IMG/VR virus record: IMGVR_UViG_3300045988_112819
Direction: 5' to 3' (one strand)
Origin: a virus
Length of the DNA stretch: 64,000 nt
The notes beneath the pieces are model-generated. The model had not been told where the DNA came from and did not search any database. It saw only the letters and a list, made by a program, of their open reading frames with translations. Below, piece after piece: positions 8,541-16,854 of this stretch. The translations under genes and the position numbers were made by a program. How positions within the stretch are numbered: the stretch's first letter is position 1; each line of letters opens with the position of its first letter.

Positions 8541-8951
8541 TTACGCCATCTTAAAGAGGGACTTGCCCTTCTTCTCCGTGCAGACCACTCGACCATCGAG
8601 TTTCAACTGCCGCACAAGGGCGGCGACCTTCTGGTTAGAATAGGCCGTCAGATCAGGAATAGCCTTGAAAATTTCCGTGCAGGTTACGCCATCGGTATCG
8701 GCATCCAGACCAGCCAGATACTCCATAATCTGCTCCTTAAAATTCTCGTTCTCCTGCTGGGTGGGAGTCAGCTTCTTGTCACCGCTAGAGCTATTCTTCT
8801 TACGCAGAAGCTCCAGCTCATGGTCAATGACAGTAATAGCCACCTCGATGGTAGTGCCATACTTTACCTCGCCGTCAGTCAAGAGGGCCTTAATGTCCTC
8901 AAAACGCTGGGCCTTAGTAATGCGGATTTTCTTCTCGTCCATAATATACAT
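8541..8951 (-). CDS. hypothetical protein (136 aa; likely start MDEKK at 8942)
   Basis: ORF track. Confidence 0.6.
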   Translation of the reverse strand: MYIMDEKKIRITKAQRFEDIKALLTDGEVKYGTTIEVAITVIDHELELLRKKNSSSGDKKLTPTQQENENFKEQIMEYLAGLDADTDGVTCTEIFKAIPDLTAYSNQKVAALVRQLKLDGRVVCTEKKGKSLFKMA

Positions 8952-8990
8952 CCTTTCTGGTTTTTAGGACTGTCCTTGTCCTTTGATTAT

Positions 8991-9291
8991 ATTGTACCAC
9001 ACTATTTGGTACTTGTCAAGAGGTTTTTCAAACTTTTTTCAAGAACTTTTGCTCTTTACTTGTTTGCCCTCTCAACCTCCCTTATAGTGTAACACACTTT
9101 GGAAAGTTTGTCAAGCCCTTTTTATTTAATTTTCAAGGTGCATTGCCTTGTTTTCTGTACTTATTATAGCACATCTTCAAAGGCTTGTCAAGAGATTCTT
9201 GAAAGATTTTTGAGAAATTCGCTGTCGCTGTCTGCCGTTCGTCTCTCTCACTTTCTGAATGTATTTTACCACAAGCAAAAGCAGATTGCAA
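8991..9291 (-). promoter_or_regulatory. cluster of four tandem consensus sigma-A promoters (P1 8991-9019 TTGACA-17-TACAAT; P2 9086-9114 TTGACA-17-TACACT; P3 9163-9191 TTGACA-17-TATAAT; P4 9263-9291 TTGCAA-17-TAAAAT), each with a TGTGg extended -10
   Basis: four repeated about 30-bp promoter units 77-100 bp apart. Confidence 0.6.
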
Positions 9292-9432
9292 GCGTCAAAT
9301 TGCACAAAAATCGGAATTTTGGGAGAAAGTTTTTGTGCAGAATTTTACACAAAACGGGGTTGAAATTTTTGTGCAACATTTACAAAGAAAAACTCGGGTC
9401 GCGCCGCTCCTGCGCGACCCGCTCAATTTTGT

Positions 9433-9464
9433 ATAAAAAAAAGAGGGGTAAAACCCCTCTTTTA
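9433..9464. terminator. intrinsic terminator (agagggg taaaa cccctct) with A-run / T-run
   Basis: seen directly. Confidence 0.7.
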
Positions 9465-9476
9465 GTCGGAAACGTC

Positions 9477-9626
9477 TTAAATAGCGTTCCCGATTTTGAA
9501 GCACTTGGCCGAAGGCGACCAAAGAGAACCGGCCTTGCGCTTAGCATCAGAACGGGCACGGTCAACATCCTTGCCGACACCCACAAACACATGGCCTGCC
9601 GCAGTCTTAAAATAGAAATTCATCAT
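9477..9626 (-). CDS. hypothetical small protein (49 aa)
   Basis: AAAGGGAG RBS; own promoter and terminator; below ORF-track cutoff. Confidence 0.45.
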   Translation of the reverse strand: MMNFYFKTAAGHVFVGVGKDVDRARSDAKRKAGSLWSPSAKCFKIGNAI

Positions 9627-9674
9627 AACAAAACTCCCTTTCTTTTATGAGGGTTATTCCCTCTTGATGATTAA

Positions 9675-9703
9675 ATTATACCACAATTCGGTGAAGCTGT
9701 CAA
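9675..9703 (-). promoter_or_regulatory. sigma-A promoter TTGACA-17-TATAAT
   Basis: consensus. Confidence 0.6.
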
Positions 9704-9746
9704 GGTTTTTTACATACTTTTCAGATATTTTTTATGGAGCGGGGCG

Positions 9747-10571
9747 TTAAGCCCCGACTCGAATAGTAGGTACATTCCGCATACTTGCGGAAAGCTGACG
9801 CTGAAAGTCTGTCATAGGAGGAAATTCCTTCCTATTCTCATACAGGGCCTTTCTCATGGGCTTATGTTGGCGCATACAGTACCACATGATTTCCGCCTCA
9901 ATGAGAACATCTTCAAGCCCCGTATGACTTTCCTCAAAATCGGTATTTCCAGAGATAAACCGCCACACGATTTCCGCAGTCTTACGGGGAACGCCATTGG
10001 CTTGGATATATCCATTTTCCTGACAGAATTTCTTATAAGTGGGCATATTGCAGATAACATCTTGTGTCATCTTCATAATATCCCAAATTTCCACACTGTC
10101 AAACGGGAACCAGTAGCGAAACTTAGAGCAAGTGACCCATCGTTGAGTGACCCGCAGAGCGTTATCGTCAAACCGGGCATTATAAGCAGCCACTTCCTTA
10201 ATTCCGTATCGCTCGATAGTATCAAGCATAGCCTGACGGATTTCATAAGTAGTAGCCATCTTGCGAGTGCCGGCCCGCAATTCCTCAACATAGCGGGGGA
10301 TTTTCCAATTATAATAGGCCGTCCGCATTAAGTCTCGCTCGTCATTGAAAATGTCCCGATTTACAAAACTTGCAGTTTCGTAAATATTGCCCTTGGTATC
10401 TACTACAGCCCAACCGCAGTCATATACCAGTACATTTGACATATCCATGCGGACACGCTCAGGAGTAATAATCTCCCCATCCTCTCCGATTTCAGCGGGA
10501 ACGGTTTCGGTTAGTGTGTTGGCGGTTTCAGTGTCAACCACCAGCACATAATGTCTGCGCTTATCAATCAT
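9747..10571 (-). CDS. DEDDh-family (DnaQ-like) 3'-5' exonuclease (274 aa)
   Basis: Exo I VVDTET, Exo II AYNARFDDNAL, Exo III HTGLEDVLIEAEI. Confidence 0.65.
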   Translation of the reverse strand: MIDKRRHYVLVVDTETANTLTETVPAEIGEDGEIITPERVRMDMSNVLVYDCGWAVVDTKGNIYETASFVNRDIFNDERDLMRTAYYNWKIPRYVEELRAGTRKMATTYEIRQAMLDTIERYGIKEVAAYNARFDDNALRVTQRWVTCSKFRYWFPFDSVEIWDIMKMTQDVICNMPTYKKFCQENGYIQANGVPRKTAEIVWRFISGNTDFEESHTGLEDVLIEAEIMWYCMRQHKPMRKALYENRKEFPPMTDFQRQLSASMRNVPTIRVGA

Positions 10572-10605
10572 AATCTATCAAGTCCTTTCTTCTCTTGATG
10601 GTATT

Positions 10606-10634
10606 ATTATAGCACATTTAAGGCTTGGTGTCAA
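10606..10634 (-). promoter_or_regulatory. sigma-A promoter TTGACA-17-TATAAT
   Basis: consensus; second promoter TTGCAA-17-TATTAT at 10766-10794. Confidence 0.55.
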
Positions 10635-10893
10635 GAGGAAAAGGAAAGTTTTTTTGGCTTAATCCTTTCAGTAGCTAATTGAAATTTAGCCGTATACTTT
10701 GCTTCCTTTACTTTCTAAGAGTTCGCGACCTCTTGATTTCTTGGCCTCTCCCTCCTGACATGATAATAATACCATACTTTTGGGAGAATTGCAAGATGGC
10801 AAATTGCACAACTTTTCGCCGCCAAAATTGTGCAACATCTACAAAGAAAAAAATTCGGCCCGCACCGCCCAAGCGCGGGCCGCCCAAACGACA

Positions 10894-10934
10894 ATAAAAA
10901 AATACCCCTCTCAATAATGAGAGGGGTATTTTTA
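10894..10934. terminator. intrinsic terminator (atacccctctc aataat gagaggggtat)
   Basis: 11-bp stem, A-run / T-run. Confidence 0.7.
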
Positions 10935-11126
10935 ATATCCAATATATTCCCTATTGATTAGTTCATCTATCCCATATACCAGATCATCAAGAGAGACAGG
11001 AAAATCATCATCAATTTCATTCTCTTCCATGCTCCGGCTAATCTGGCTTATGAGAATTGAAGCATTTCTCAATGTTTGTTTTTCCGTTGAATCAAAAATG
11101 AGCCTATTAACTTTCTTAATTTGCAT
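10932..11126 (-). CDS. hypothetical small acidic protein (64 aa; start MQIKK)
   Basis: AAAGGGAG RBS; ORF track extends to an upstream ATG inside the hairpin. Confidence 0.5.
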   Translation of the reverse strand: MQIKKVNRLIFDSTEKQTLRNASILISQISRSMEENEIDDDFPVSLDDLVYGIDELINREYIGY

Positions 11127-11148
11127 TGACAAAACTCCCTTTCTTTGT

Positions 11149-11173
11149 GGGGCGGGGATTTTCACCCCGCCCC
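11149..11173. repeat. hairpin GGGGCGGGGATTTTCACCCCGCCCC, copy 2
   Basis: identical to 8509-8531. Confidence 0.6.
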
Positions 11174-11177
11174 CCAT

Positions 11178-11639
11178 TCAGTCCAAATTGTTGATATATT
11201 CGATTATGTCTGTCTCTCCTGGATTTATTGTATCTCCTAAATGCCAACCGTACCTAATTTTATCATTATCATCAAAAAGGATAAACGGCGGTTCATAGAA
11301 ACTACGGAATACACATTTGGCTTTGGTCGTTCCGTATGCCACACAATGACATTTATGGGCCGGAAATTTATACCTTGCAAGCCATTCCTTTTTTGCGGCT
11401 GTGACTGCTTTCTTATATTCGGGAGTGCTTTCAGGTGGTAGCCATGTAATTACTCTAATTTCCCATCCGTTATTGATTGCCTTTAGAAGCGCATTTCGGA
11501 GGGCTTCCATGTCCCACATAGGGGCCGCGTCTCGGAATGGGGTAGGGTCTCCATTGCGGAGTTTTTCGAGCCAATTAGGGACTGCATACAAGTCCGCGAT
11601 AGTTCCATCCATGTCAAAGCAGAGCATTTTTTTAGTCAT
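11178..11639 (-). CDS. HAD-superfamily hydrolase, likely 5'(3')-deoxyribonucleotidase-like (153 aa)
   Basis: motif I FDMDGTIADL; AGGAG RBS; promoter TTGACA-17-TATAAT at 11664-11692. Confidence 0.5.
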   Translation of the reverse strand: MTKKMLCFDMDGTIADLYAVPNWLEKLRNGDPTPFRDAAPMWDMEALRNALLKAINNGWEIRVITWLPPESTPEYKKAVTAAKKEWLARYKFPAHKCHCVAYGTTKAKCVFRSFYEPPFILFDDNDKIRYGWHLGDTINPGETDIIEYINNLD

Positions 11640-11645
11640 TGTATA

Positions 11646-11894
11646 TCAATCTCCTTTTGTTTTATTATACCATTTATTGCACACCTTGTCAACAAGTTTT
11701 TCAAAAAAAGTTTTACGCCGATATACCTTATAAGGCATTGACATATAATCTATATAGATCAGAGGGTCTTGTAAAAGCACAGTTCGTATATAAATCTCAT
11801 AATTAACCGGGGTAGTAGTATGCCCGAATTGTCTACGATAAATTTCAGCCACGGTTAAGTATTCATTGGGCTGAATAAACTTTGAAGGTTTCAT
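11646..11894 (-). CDS. hypothetical protein (82 aa)
   Basis: ORF track; AAAGGAGGGG RBS; promoter TTGCAA-17-TATTAT at 11922-11950. Confidence 0.55.
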   Translation of the reverse strand: MKPSKFIQPNEYLTVAEIYRRQFGHTTTPVNYEIYIRTVLLQDPLIYIDYMSMPYKVYRRKTFFEKLVDKVCNKWYNKTKGD

Positions 11895-12052
11895 TTAGTA
11901 CCCCTCCTTTTTTCTGTACTAATAATACCATAATTTAAGGATAATTGCAAGATGGCGAATTGCACAAGATTTCAAGACAAAAATTGTGTAGAACTTACAA
12001 ATAAGAAAACTCGGCGCGCCGCGTGCGTCAGCGCGCCGTCGAATTTTTAGTG

Positions 12053-12084
12053 TATAAAAAAGAAGGGCCGAAGCCCTTCTTTTA
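12053..12084. terminator. intrinsic terminator (agaagggc cgaa gcccttct)
   Basis: seen directly. Confidence 0.65.
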
Positions 12085-12540
12085 TCTTTCAGCCATATTT
12101 GAAAAATACCTTGCGACTAATTTAACCATTTCGTGAATAGATTCATCATTGTGCAGATTTTTGTAACAAATGAATCCAATTTGTCCCCCATCAGAAAAAA
12201 TGGGAGTAATAAACATAGATTTCCACGCTGTCGCAGGTTGGCTGATATTACTCCATTCATCTGGTGGTATAGAAATTTTGAAAGAACTAGGCCCGCTTAA
12301 AAGTTTATCTGAATCGAAGATCGCCGCGGAAATGTGATTAACAGAAAGGGCATTTCGCATTTCGTGGGCATGGTCAACGAAAAAAGATAGTGGAGAATAT
12401 TTCTTGAAGGCTATACAGTCGCCATCAAGAAAAATTTCCATAGGGTCGCCTTCTCTAATTCGCATACTCCTACGAATTTCTCTAGGAATAACAATACGCC
12501 CTAGGTCATCAATATGTCGAACAATACCAACAGCTCTCAT
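12082..12540 (-). CDS. SpoVT-like regulator: AbrB/SpoVT swapped-hairpin N-domain plus GAF-like C-domain (152 aa)
   Basis: GIVRHIDDLGRIVIPREIRRSMRIREGDPMEIF matches the AbrB/SpoVT N-domain. Confidence 0.65.
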   Translation of the reverse strand: MRAVGIVRHIDDLGRIVIPREIRRSMRIREGDPMEIFLDGDCIAFKKYSPLSFFVDHAHEMRNALSVNHISAAIFDSDKLLSGPSSFKISIPPDEWSNISQPATAWKSMFITPIFSDGGQIGFICYKNLHNDESIHEMVKLVARYFSNMAER

Positions 12541-12548
12541 TTTTTTAT

Positions 12549-12584
12549 CGCGGGAGCATAGAATACAAGTCCTATACTCCCGCG
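12549..12584 (-). promoter_or_regulatory. 36-nt hairpin (cgcgggag...ctcccgcg) between the GGAGG Shine-Dalgarno and the ATG of the SpoVT-like gene
   Basis: 8-bp GC stem; SD-to-ATG spacing is 44 nt unless folded. Confidence 0.45.
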
Positions 12585-12594
12585 CCTCCTTTCC

Positions 12595-12993
12595 TTAAAG
12601 CGATTTCCGCAGTTCGTCCAGCAGAGTAGACAGAGTTTTCATGTCGCCGCCCATTTCCAGCTTGACGCAGATCAGACTTGCATTTTCCTCTACCCACTTT
12701 GTCACAGTGGACAGCTCTTCATCCATCGTTTGGTTGATGGGGTTGTAAAGACTGCACATATTTGACTTGGCACACTCCTGGTCATAATAGCGGCGGAGCT
12801 TATATCCCTTCGCTGTGGCGCGCTCAATAATCCTTGTATTCAGCGCCTCAATCTCTTTTCGGCCTTCCTCGATGAAATCCTCAAACTCTTTCATAGCGTC
12901 CGCATACTTGGCTCTGATTTCCTCTCGCTTGGCGTTCGCAATCTTGTTGACCTCATCATTGATATAGGCTTCAATCCTCTTAGTAACACGCAT
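12595..12993 (-). CDS. hypothetical coiled-coil protein (132 aa)
   Basis: ORF track; promoter TTGACA-17-TACAAT at 13054-13082. Confidence 0.6.
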   Translation of the reverse strand: MRVTKRIEAYINDEVNKIANAKREEIRAKYADAMKEFEDFIEEGRKEIEALNTRIIERATAKGYKLRRYYDQECAKSNMCSLYNPINQTMDEELSTVTKWVEENASLICVKLEMGGDMKTLSTLLDELRKSL

Positions 12994-13090
12994 TTCTAAA
13001 ACTCCCTTTCTTATTTTAATTTATTTTTGGGGGGCTGCCCCTTCCATAGTCTTATTGTACCACAGAAGGGGCAGTTTGTCAACCCCTTTT

Positions 13091-13321
13091 TTACAAGGAA
13101 AGTAAATCCATCATAGTCATTTCATCAACTGTCTTATCGGCTTCCTCATCGAAAATACCCTTGATAATATCGGCCGCGTCATCGGGAGTACACATGCCGA
13201 TCCGCAGGAATTTTCCAAAAGACTGGAGCATTGCCTGTGCTGCTTCTCCTGGGCAGAACTCCTCCATGGTCTTATGCAGAAGAATAATCCCCTGTCTATC
13301 CTGCTCAGTCATTCTATACAT
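13091..13321 (-). CDS. hypothetical acidic protein (76 aa)
   Basis: ORF track; promoter TTGACA-17-TATAAT at 13373-13401. Confidence 0.55.
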   Translation of the reverse strand: MYRMTEQDRQGIILLHKTMEEFCPGEAAQAMLQSFGKFLRIGMCTPDDAADIIKGIFDEEADKTVDEMTMMDLLSL

Positions 13322-13405
13322 AGCAATATTTCCTTTCTGGTTTAATGAGTTTTCCTTCTCTTTACATTATTGATTATACCACTGTTTAAGCGGTTTGTCA
13401 ACCCT

Positions 13406-13558
13406 TTACATCAAATTTTTTGCCAAATATGCGAACATTAGAATTTCTGCGGCAAACATGATTTCAAGCCGAATACAGCTCTTTTGAGCAGCCGCCATTA
13501 ACTGCCATGCAAGGCAGGCCACAAACGCAATCAAAACAATCATTGTGAAGGTAGTCAT
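13406..13558 (-). CDS. small membrane protein (50 aa)
   Basis: AAAGGAG RBS 8 nt from ATG; one hydrophobic helix. Confidence 0.4.
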   Translation of the reverse strand: MTTFTMIVLIAFVACLAWQLMAAAQKSCIRLEIMFAAEILMFAYLAKNLM

Positions 13559-13587
13559 ATATATACTCCTTTTCTGGTTAAGAGGGT

Positions 13588-13821
13588 TTATACCCTCTTA
13601 ACCTCGATAATCTCCATATCGAAATCTTCCCAATATGCGCCCATGAGAAGGTCATGCCGCAAGTCCCCTTCATTCTCATAGTCCATATCTTCCAGAATTT
13701 GGCTCCACTCGCTTTCGGAATACTGGGCCTTGAGCCAGTCCCATCCCGCATGGCGTGCGCCAGTTTCAGTATCAGAAACGCCGATAATCTTTTCTCTACT
13801 GTCAGCCATTACCAGATACAT
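13588..13821 (-). CDS. hypothetical acidic protein (77 aa)
   Basis: ORF track; promoter TTGACT-17-TATACT at 13875-13903. Confidence 0.55.
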   Translation of the reverse strand: MYLVMADSREKIIGVSDTETGARHAGWDWLKAQYSESEWSQILEDMDYENEGDLRHDLLMGAYWEDFDMEIIEVKRV

Positions 13822-14021
13822 AACTCATTCTCCTTTTGTTTCGAGGGCTTTTGTTCTCCCCTCTTGATGATACAAGTATAACAGATAACAGATAGAAAGT
13901 CAAGCGATTTTGGGAAAAAATCTTCCATCAGATTGCACAACAATTCGAGCCTAAAATTGTGCAAATTGCCTCTTGATAAAAAATTCCGGCCGCGCCTGTG
14001 GTGCACGGCCGGGCGAACGAA

Positions 14022-14053
14022 TAAAAAAAGAACCTCCTGAATTTCAGGAGGTC
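14022..14053. terminator. intrinsic terminator (acctcctga att tcaggaggt)
   Basis: 9-bp stem after an A-run. Confidence 0.6.
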
Positions 14054-14094
14054 ATTAATTTCTGCATACCAACAACTCCCTTTCTTTTGAGAAG

Positions 14095-14328
14095 TCAATC
14101 GGCATTTTCAACAATCTTTAATCCGTTTGCTTGGATAATTTTCATAGCTTCTTCAAGTGAGGAATCAACCGATCCGCAGTCAATGCAGATGTATTTTCTG
14201 CCATCTTTTACCATAGTAGTGAAATAGTATTCCTAACCGGAAGTAAGTCCCATTTGTTCACGCAAACGAATCGGAATCATAATTCTACCACTTGAATCCA
14301 ATTTGCGAGAGAAAGTAGTTTCTTGCAT
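14095..14328 (-). CDS. AbrB-family swapped-hairpin DNA-binding protein (77 aa), 1 in-frame TAG as sense
   Basis: RKLDSSGRIMIPIRLREQMGL matches AbrB VDELGRVVIPIELRRTLGI. Confidence 0.6.
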
Positions 14329-14394
14329 TTTGATAAATAAATTCTAGTGACCTAGGCTCGTGCGAAAAACGACTCCATCACGGGAATCGCCGAT

Positions 14395-14532
14395 TTAGAA
14401 CAATCGGAAGGAACATTTACCACTCGCAAGGCATTTCTGGCAGAACTGAGACATAGGACAATTCTTGCAAGAATCCTAGTTCAAACAGAACTCCAAAATA
14501 ACCGCGAGTGCTTTCAGCACTTCTAAGGTCAT
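14395..14532 (-). CDS. Cys-rich small protein (45 aa, CxxC x3), 1 in-frame TAG
   Basis: AAGGAG RBS; TAA stop; same frame as the AbrB gene downstream. Confidence 0.4.
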
Positions 14533-14580
14533 TAGAAAAACTCCTTTCTTTATTTTTCTATAATTATTATAATATATTTT

Positions 14581-14620
14581 TTTGAAAAAATCAATAGGGC
14601 CGGCATTACGCCAGCCCTAA
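14581..14620. terminator. terminator hairpin (tagggccggc attacg gccagcccta) followed by a T-run on the minus strand
   Basis: seen directly. Confidence 0.5.
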
Positions 14621-14737
14621 TCTCTGTAGCCAAACCAGATGGTATTTACCAATGTGAAGTAGAACTGTGCCATATCCCTTATTTGTCCAAACAGTGGAAC
14701 CGATAGGATATGTATGCGGTAAACGCTCAATACTCAC
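14606..14737 (-). CDS. possible small protein (43 aa) from a GTG overlapping the upstream TGA (GTGA)
   Basis: GGAGGTGG RBS at 7 nt. Confidence 0.25.
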   Translation of the reverse strand: MSIERLPHTYPIGSTVWTNKGYGTVLLHIGKYHLVWLQRLGLA

Positions 14738-14949
14738 TTTAGTTCCACCTCCTCGAAAGCTCCAATTTTTAGCAGATAATTATATAAGGCTCTATCTTGC
14801 TTGTCGCCGGTATTAAAATCAAGTGTACAAACACAGCCGGTAACATTGGAATTGAGAGGATGACCCAAACACCAGCCAGCCATATTACAAATTGTGTTTC
14901 CAAACTCCACAGACTTTTCTGCACTTTCAAATTTAATAACAGCAATCAT
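14734..14949 (-). CDS. hypothetical protein (71 aa; start MIAVIKF)
   Basis: AAGGAG RBS; ORF track begins at an upstream ATG (14988). Confidence 0.55.
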   Translation of the reverse strand: MIAVIKFESAEKSVEFGNTICNMAGWCLGHPLNSNVTGCVCTLDFNTGDKQDRALYNYLLKIGAFEEVELK

Positions 14950-15012
14950 ATTTATTTCTCCTTTTTTATCGTGGGGAGTGGAGGCCATAAACCTCCACTC
15001 CCGCAGGTTTTC

Positions 15013-15252
15013 TTAACCATCTACATAAATGATTAGATTGTTGCCTCTTGCTTTAATGCCAGTTACCGGAAGTCCCAGCACCCATTCCTTAGACGCCTCA
15101 ATGACGTCTCCTCCCAGGGTTATCTTGTGATCAGGTAGCTCATGGTAATGAGCTTGAGTATTCTCATTGATAATTTCGACCCCTTCCCCGTCAAAGAACA
15201 TGGTATCTTCTGCGAGCGGAGAAAGCAGACCTGCAATCATTTTCAAAGTCAT
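15013..15252 (-). CDS. hypothetical protein (79 aa)
   Basis: ORF track; promoter TTGACA-17-TATTAT at 15307-15335. Confidence 0.6.
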   Translation of the reverse strand: MTLKMIAGLLSPLAEDTMFFDGEGVEIINENTQAHYHELPDHKITLGGDVIEASKEWVLGLPVTGIKARGNNLIIYVDG

Positions 15253-15469
15253 TTCTTTTACTTCCTTTCAAATTCTTTTTGTGACCTTGTCCCTCTGGAC
15301 AAGTATATAATAACACATGACAAGAGGAATGTCAAGTAATTTCGGGAGAAAATCTTTTGTCGAATTGCACAGACTTTCGATCATATAATTGTTGAAACTG
15401 CCGGATAAATAAAAATTTGGGCCGCGGCGCACGCTGGCGGCCCGGCGAAAAGTCAATATGGAAAAGTGC

Positions 15470-15515
15470 ATAAAAATGACTGGCAATCTTTGTGCAGATT
15501 GCCAGTCATTTTTAT
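15470..15515. terminator. intrinsic terminator (tgactggcaatc ... gattgccagtca) plus T-run
   Basis: 12-bp stem. Confidence 0.7.
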
Positions 15516-15519
15516 TCCT

Positions 15520-15753
15520 TTACAGCTCCATGGTTTCCATGAGATAGCCTGTGCCCATCGGCACCTCCCGTAGATTGCTGGGACTTATACGCAACTTATA
15601 TTTCCTATTGATTTTATTCGCCGCACTTGTCTTATCTCTCGCTTGGACAATTACTGGTATATGGAGTTTATTCAGAGTGGGCTTATTAAGACTGAAATAT
15701 CCCATCTCTCTGCGCTTGCGGCCCATGGCGTCGATATAAGTCCCTCTATACAT
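15520..15753 (-). CDS. hypothetical small basic protein (77 aa)
   Basis: ORF track; GGAGG RBS. Confidence 0.6.
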   Translation of the reverse strand: MYRGTYIDAMGRKRREMGYFSLNKPTLNKLHIPVIVQARDKTSAANKINRKYKLRISPSNLREVPMGTGYLMETMEL

Positions 15754-15766
15754 TTTTTTCCTCCTA

Positions 15767-15913
15767 TTATTTAGTCATGAGAACGAACATATTATATTCG
15801 CTGTGCTGTGGGTTTGGCTCACAGTTATCCGCCACTATATCAGCCCAACTAAGAACTGCCCAGAGTAGGAGAGCGGCACAAATGCCGCCTCCTATCCGCT
15901 TAATAATTCTCAT
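15767..15913 (-). CDS. small membrane / secreted protein (48 aa)
   Basis: GGAGG RBS; ATGA overlap with the upstream stop. Confidence 0.4.
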   Translation of the reverse strand: MRIIKRIGGGICAALLLWAVLSWADIVADNCEPNPQHSEYNMFVLMTK

Positions 15914-16212
15914 TTCCATTTCTTTGCCTCCTGTTCTTTAACCCATTCAGTACCGATTGTATCTCCGACCATAGCAACCTTATATTCGTCTTCGCTTGCA
16001 ATTCTGGTATGCAGATTGCTATTGATAAACTTTCTATTGATATAAGCCCAGTGTGGCATATAGGCCACTCGCATGGCATTAAAAGCATCCAGGTCTAAGA
16101 TGATGCCGTCCTCTACCTCTGCGGAACGCACATTCATCTTATACCGCAAAAGTTTAATAAATTCACGCTTTCTAAAAGTAGGCCCAACGAACCACTTAAT
16201 ATAATTGTTCAT
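15910..16212 (-). CDS. hypothetical protein (100 aa)
   Basis: ORF track; GGAGAAAGG RBS. Confidence 0.6.
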   Translation of the reverse strand: MNNYIKWFVGPTFRKREFIKLLRYKMNVRSAEVEDGIILDLDAFNAMRVAYMPHWAYINRKFINSNLHTRIASEDEYKVAMVGDTIGTEWVKEQEAKKWK

Positions 16213-16258
16213 AGTCTTTTATCCTTTCTCCCCGTATAGCCGTTAGGTCAGCTTCTTT

Positions 16259-16405
16259 TTAATCTACGATTTCTCCACTGGATAAATCCACAATCCAATG
16301 ATTAGGATTGACTATCTCGTGACTGACCTTCCATCTTGCCATTGAAAGGGTGGATGGTTCATAATAGCGCATTTTCTCATTGGCTAAAACTTGTAACTGA
16401 TACAT
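16259..16405 (-). CDS. hypothetical small protein (48 aa)
   Basis: AAAGGGG RBS. Confidence 0.35.
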   Translation of the reverse strand: MYQLQVLANEKMRYYEPSTLSMARWKVSHEIVNPNHWIVDLSSGEIVD

Positions 16406-16435
16406 ATAGTATGCCCCTTTCTTTTAATTATTATA

Positions 16436-16469
16436 ACCCTGCCTTGCCTTGTGTTTTGCAAGGCAGGGT
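16436..16469. terminator. hairpin (accctgccttgc ... gcaaggcagggt)
   Basis: 12-bp stem downstream of 16480. Confidence 0.5.
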
Positions 16470-16479
16470 TTATAAACTG

Positions 16480-16854
16480 TTATCCTCTAATTTCTTCTTC
16501 TTGGGTCTTTGTCGCCCAATCAAAAGAGGTACGAACATCGGAAGGTCTGCGGAATTGCTCTGCTTCGGCCTCTGTCCCGCCTAATGCCATAGCATAGGCT
16601 TTCCAGTCAACCGTTCCTTTTGCGGTAGTTTCTTTATATACCACCGCTTTCGCCTTACCCTGCATTTGTACCGTGCCATATAGATAACTTGTTTTGTCCG
16701 TAGCCTTAAAAGCCTTACCTAATCTGGAGAATAGCTCTTTAGCCTTAGCCTTAGCTGCTTTCTCCGCCGCCTCCGCCGCAGACTTAGCCATCTTAGCGGC
16801 CATATACTCCATAATAATGGCTCGATCTTCATTGGTAAAATCAATCTTTTTCAT
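16480..16854 (-). CDS. hypothetical Ala/Lys-rich protein (124 aa)
   Basis: GGGAG RBS; promoter TTGACA-17-TACAAT at 16908-16936. Confidence 0.55.
   Translation of the reverse strand: MKKIDFTNEDRAIIMEYMAAKMAKSAAEAAEKAAKAKAKELFSRLGKAFKATDKTSYLYGTVQMQGKAKAVVYKETTAKGTVDWKAYAMALGGTEAEAEQFRRPSDVRTSFDWATKTQEEEIRG

Noticed and set aside
9099-9650. Plus-strand ORF (183 aa) and overlapping minus ORFs 9295..9522 and 9380..9592
   Set aside because: They span an intergenic region packed with four promoters, an operator inverted repeat and terminators. The sequence is non-protein-like. The real small gene here is 9477..9626.
9740-9756. Hairpin cggggc gttaa gccccg as the terminator of 9747..10571
   Set aside because: It overlaps the stop codon and is followed by A-runs rather than U-runs on the transcribed strand.
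13973-14227. Plus-strand ORF (84 aa)
   Set aside because: It covers the terminator and GC hairpin and is antisense to the AbrB-like gene.
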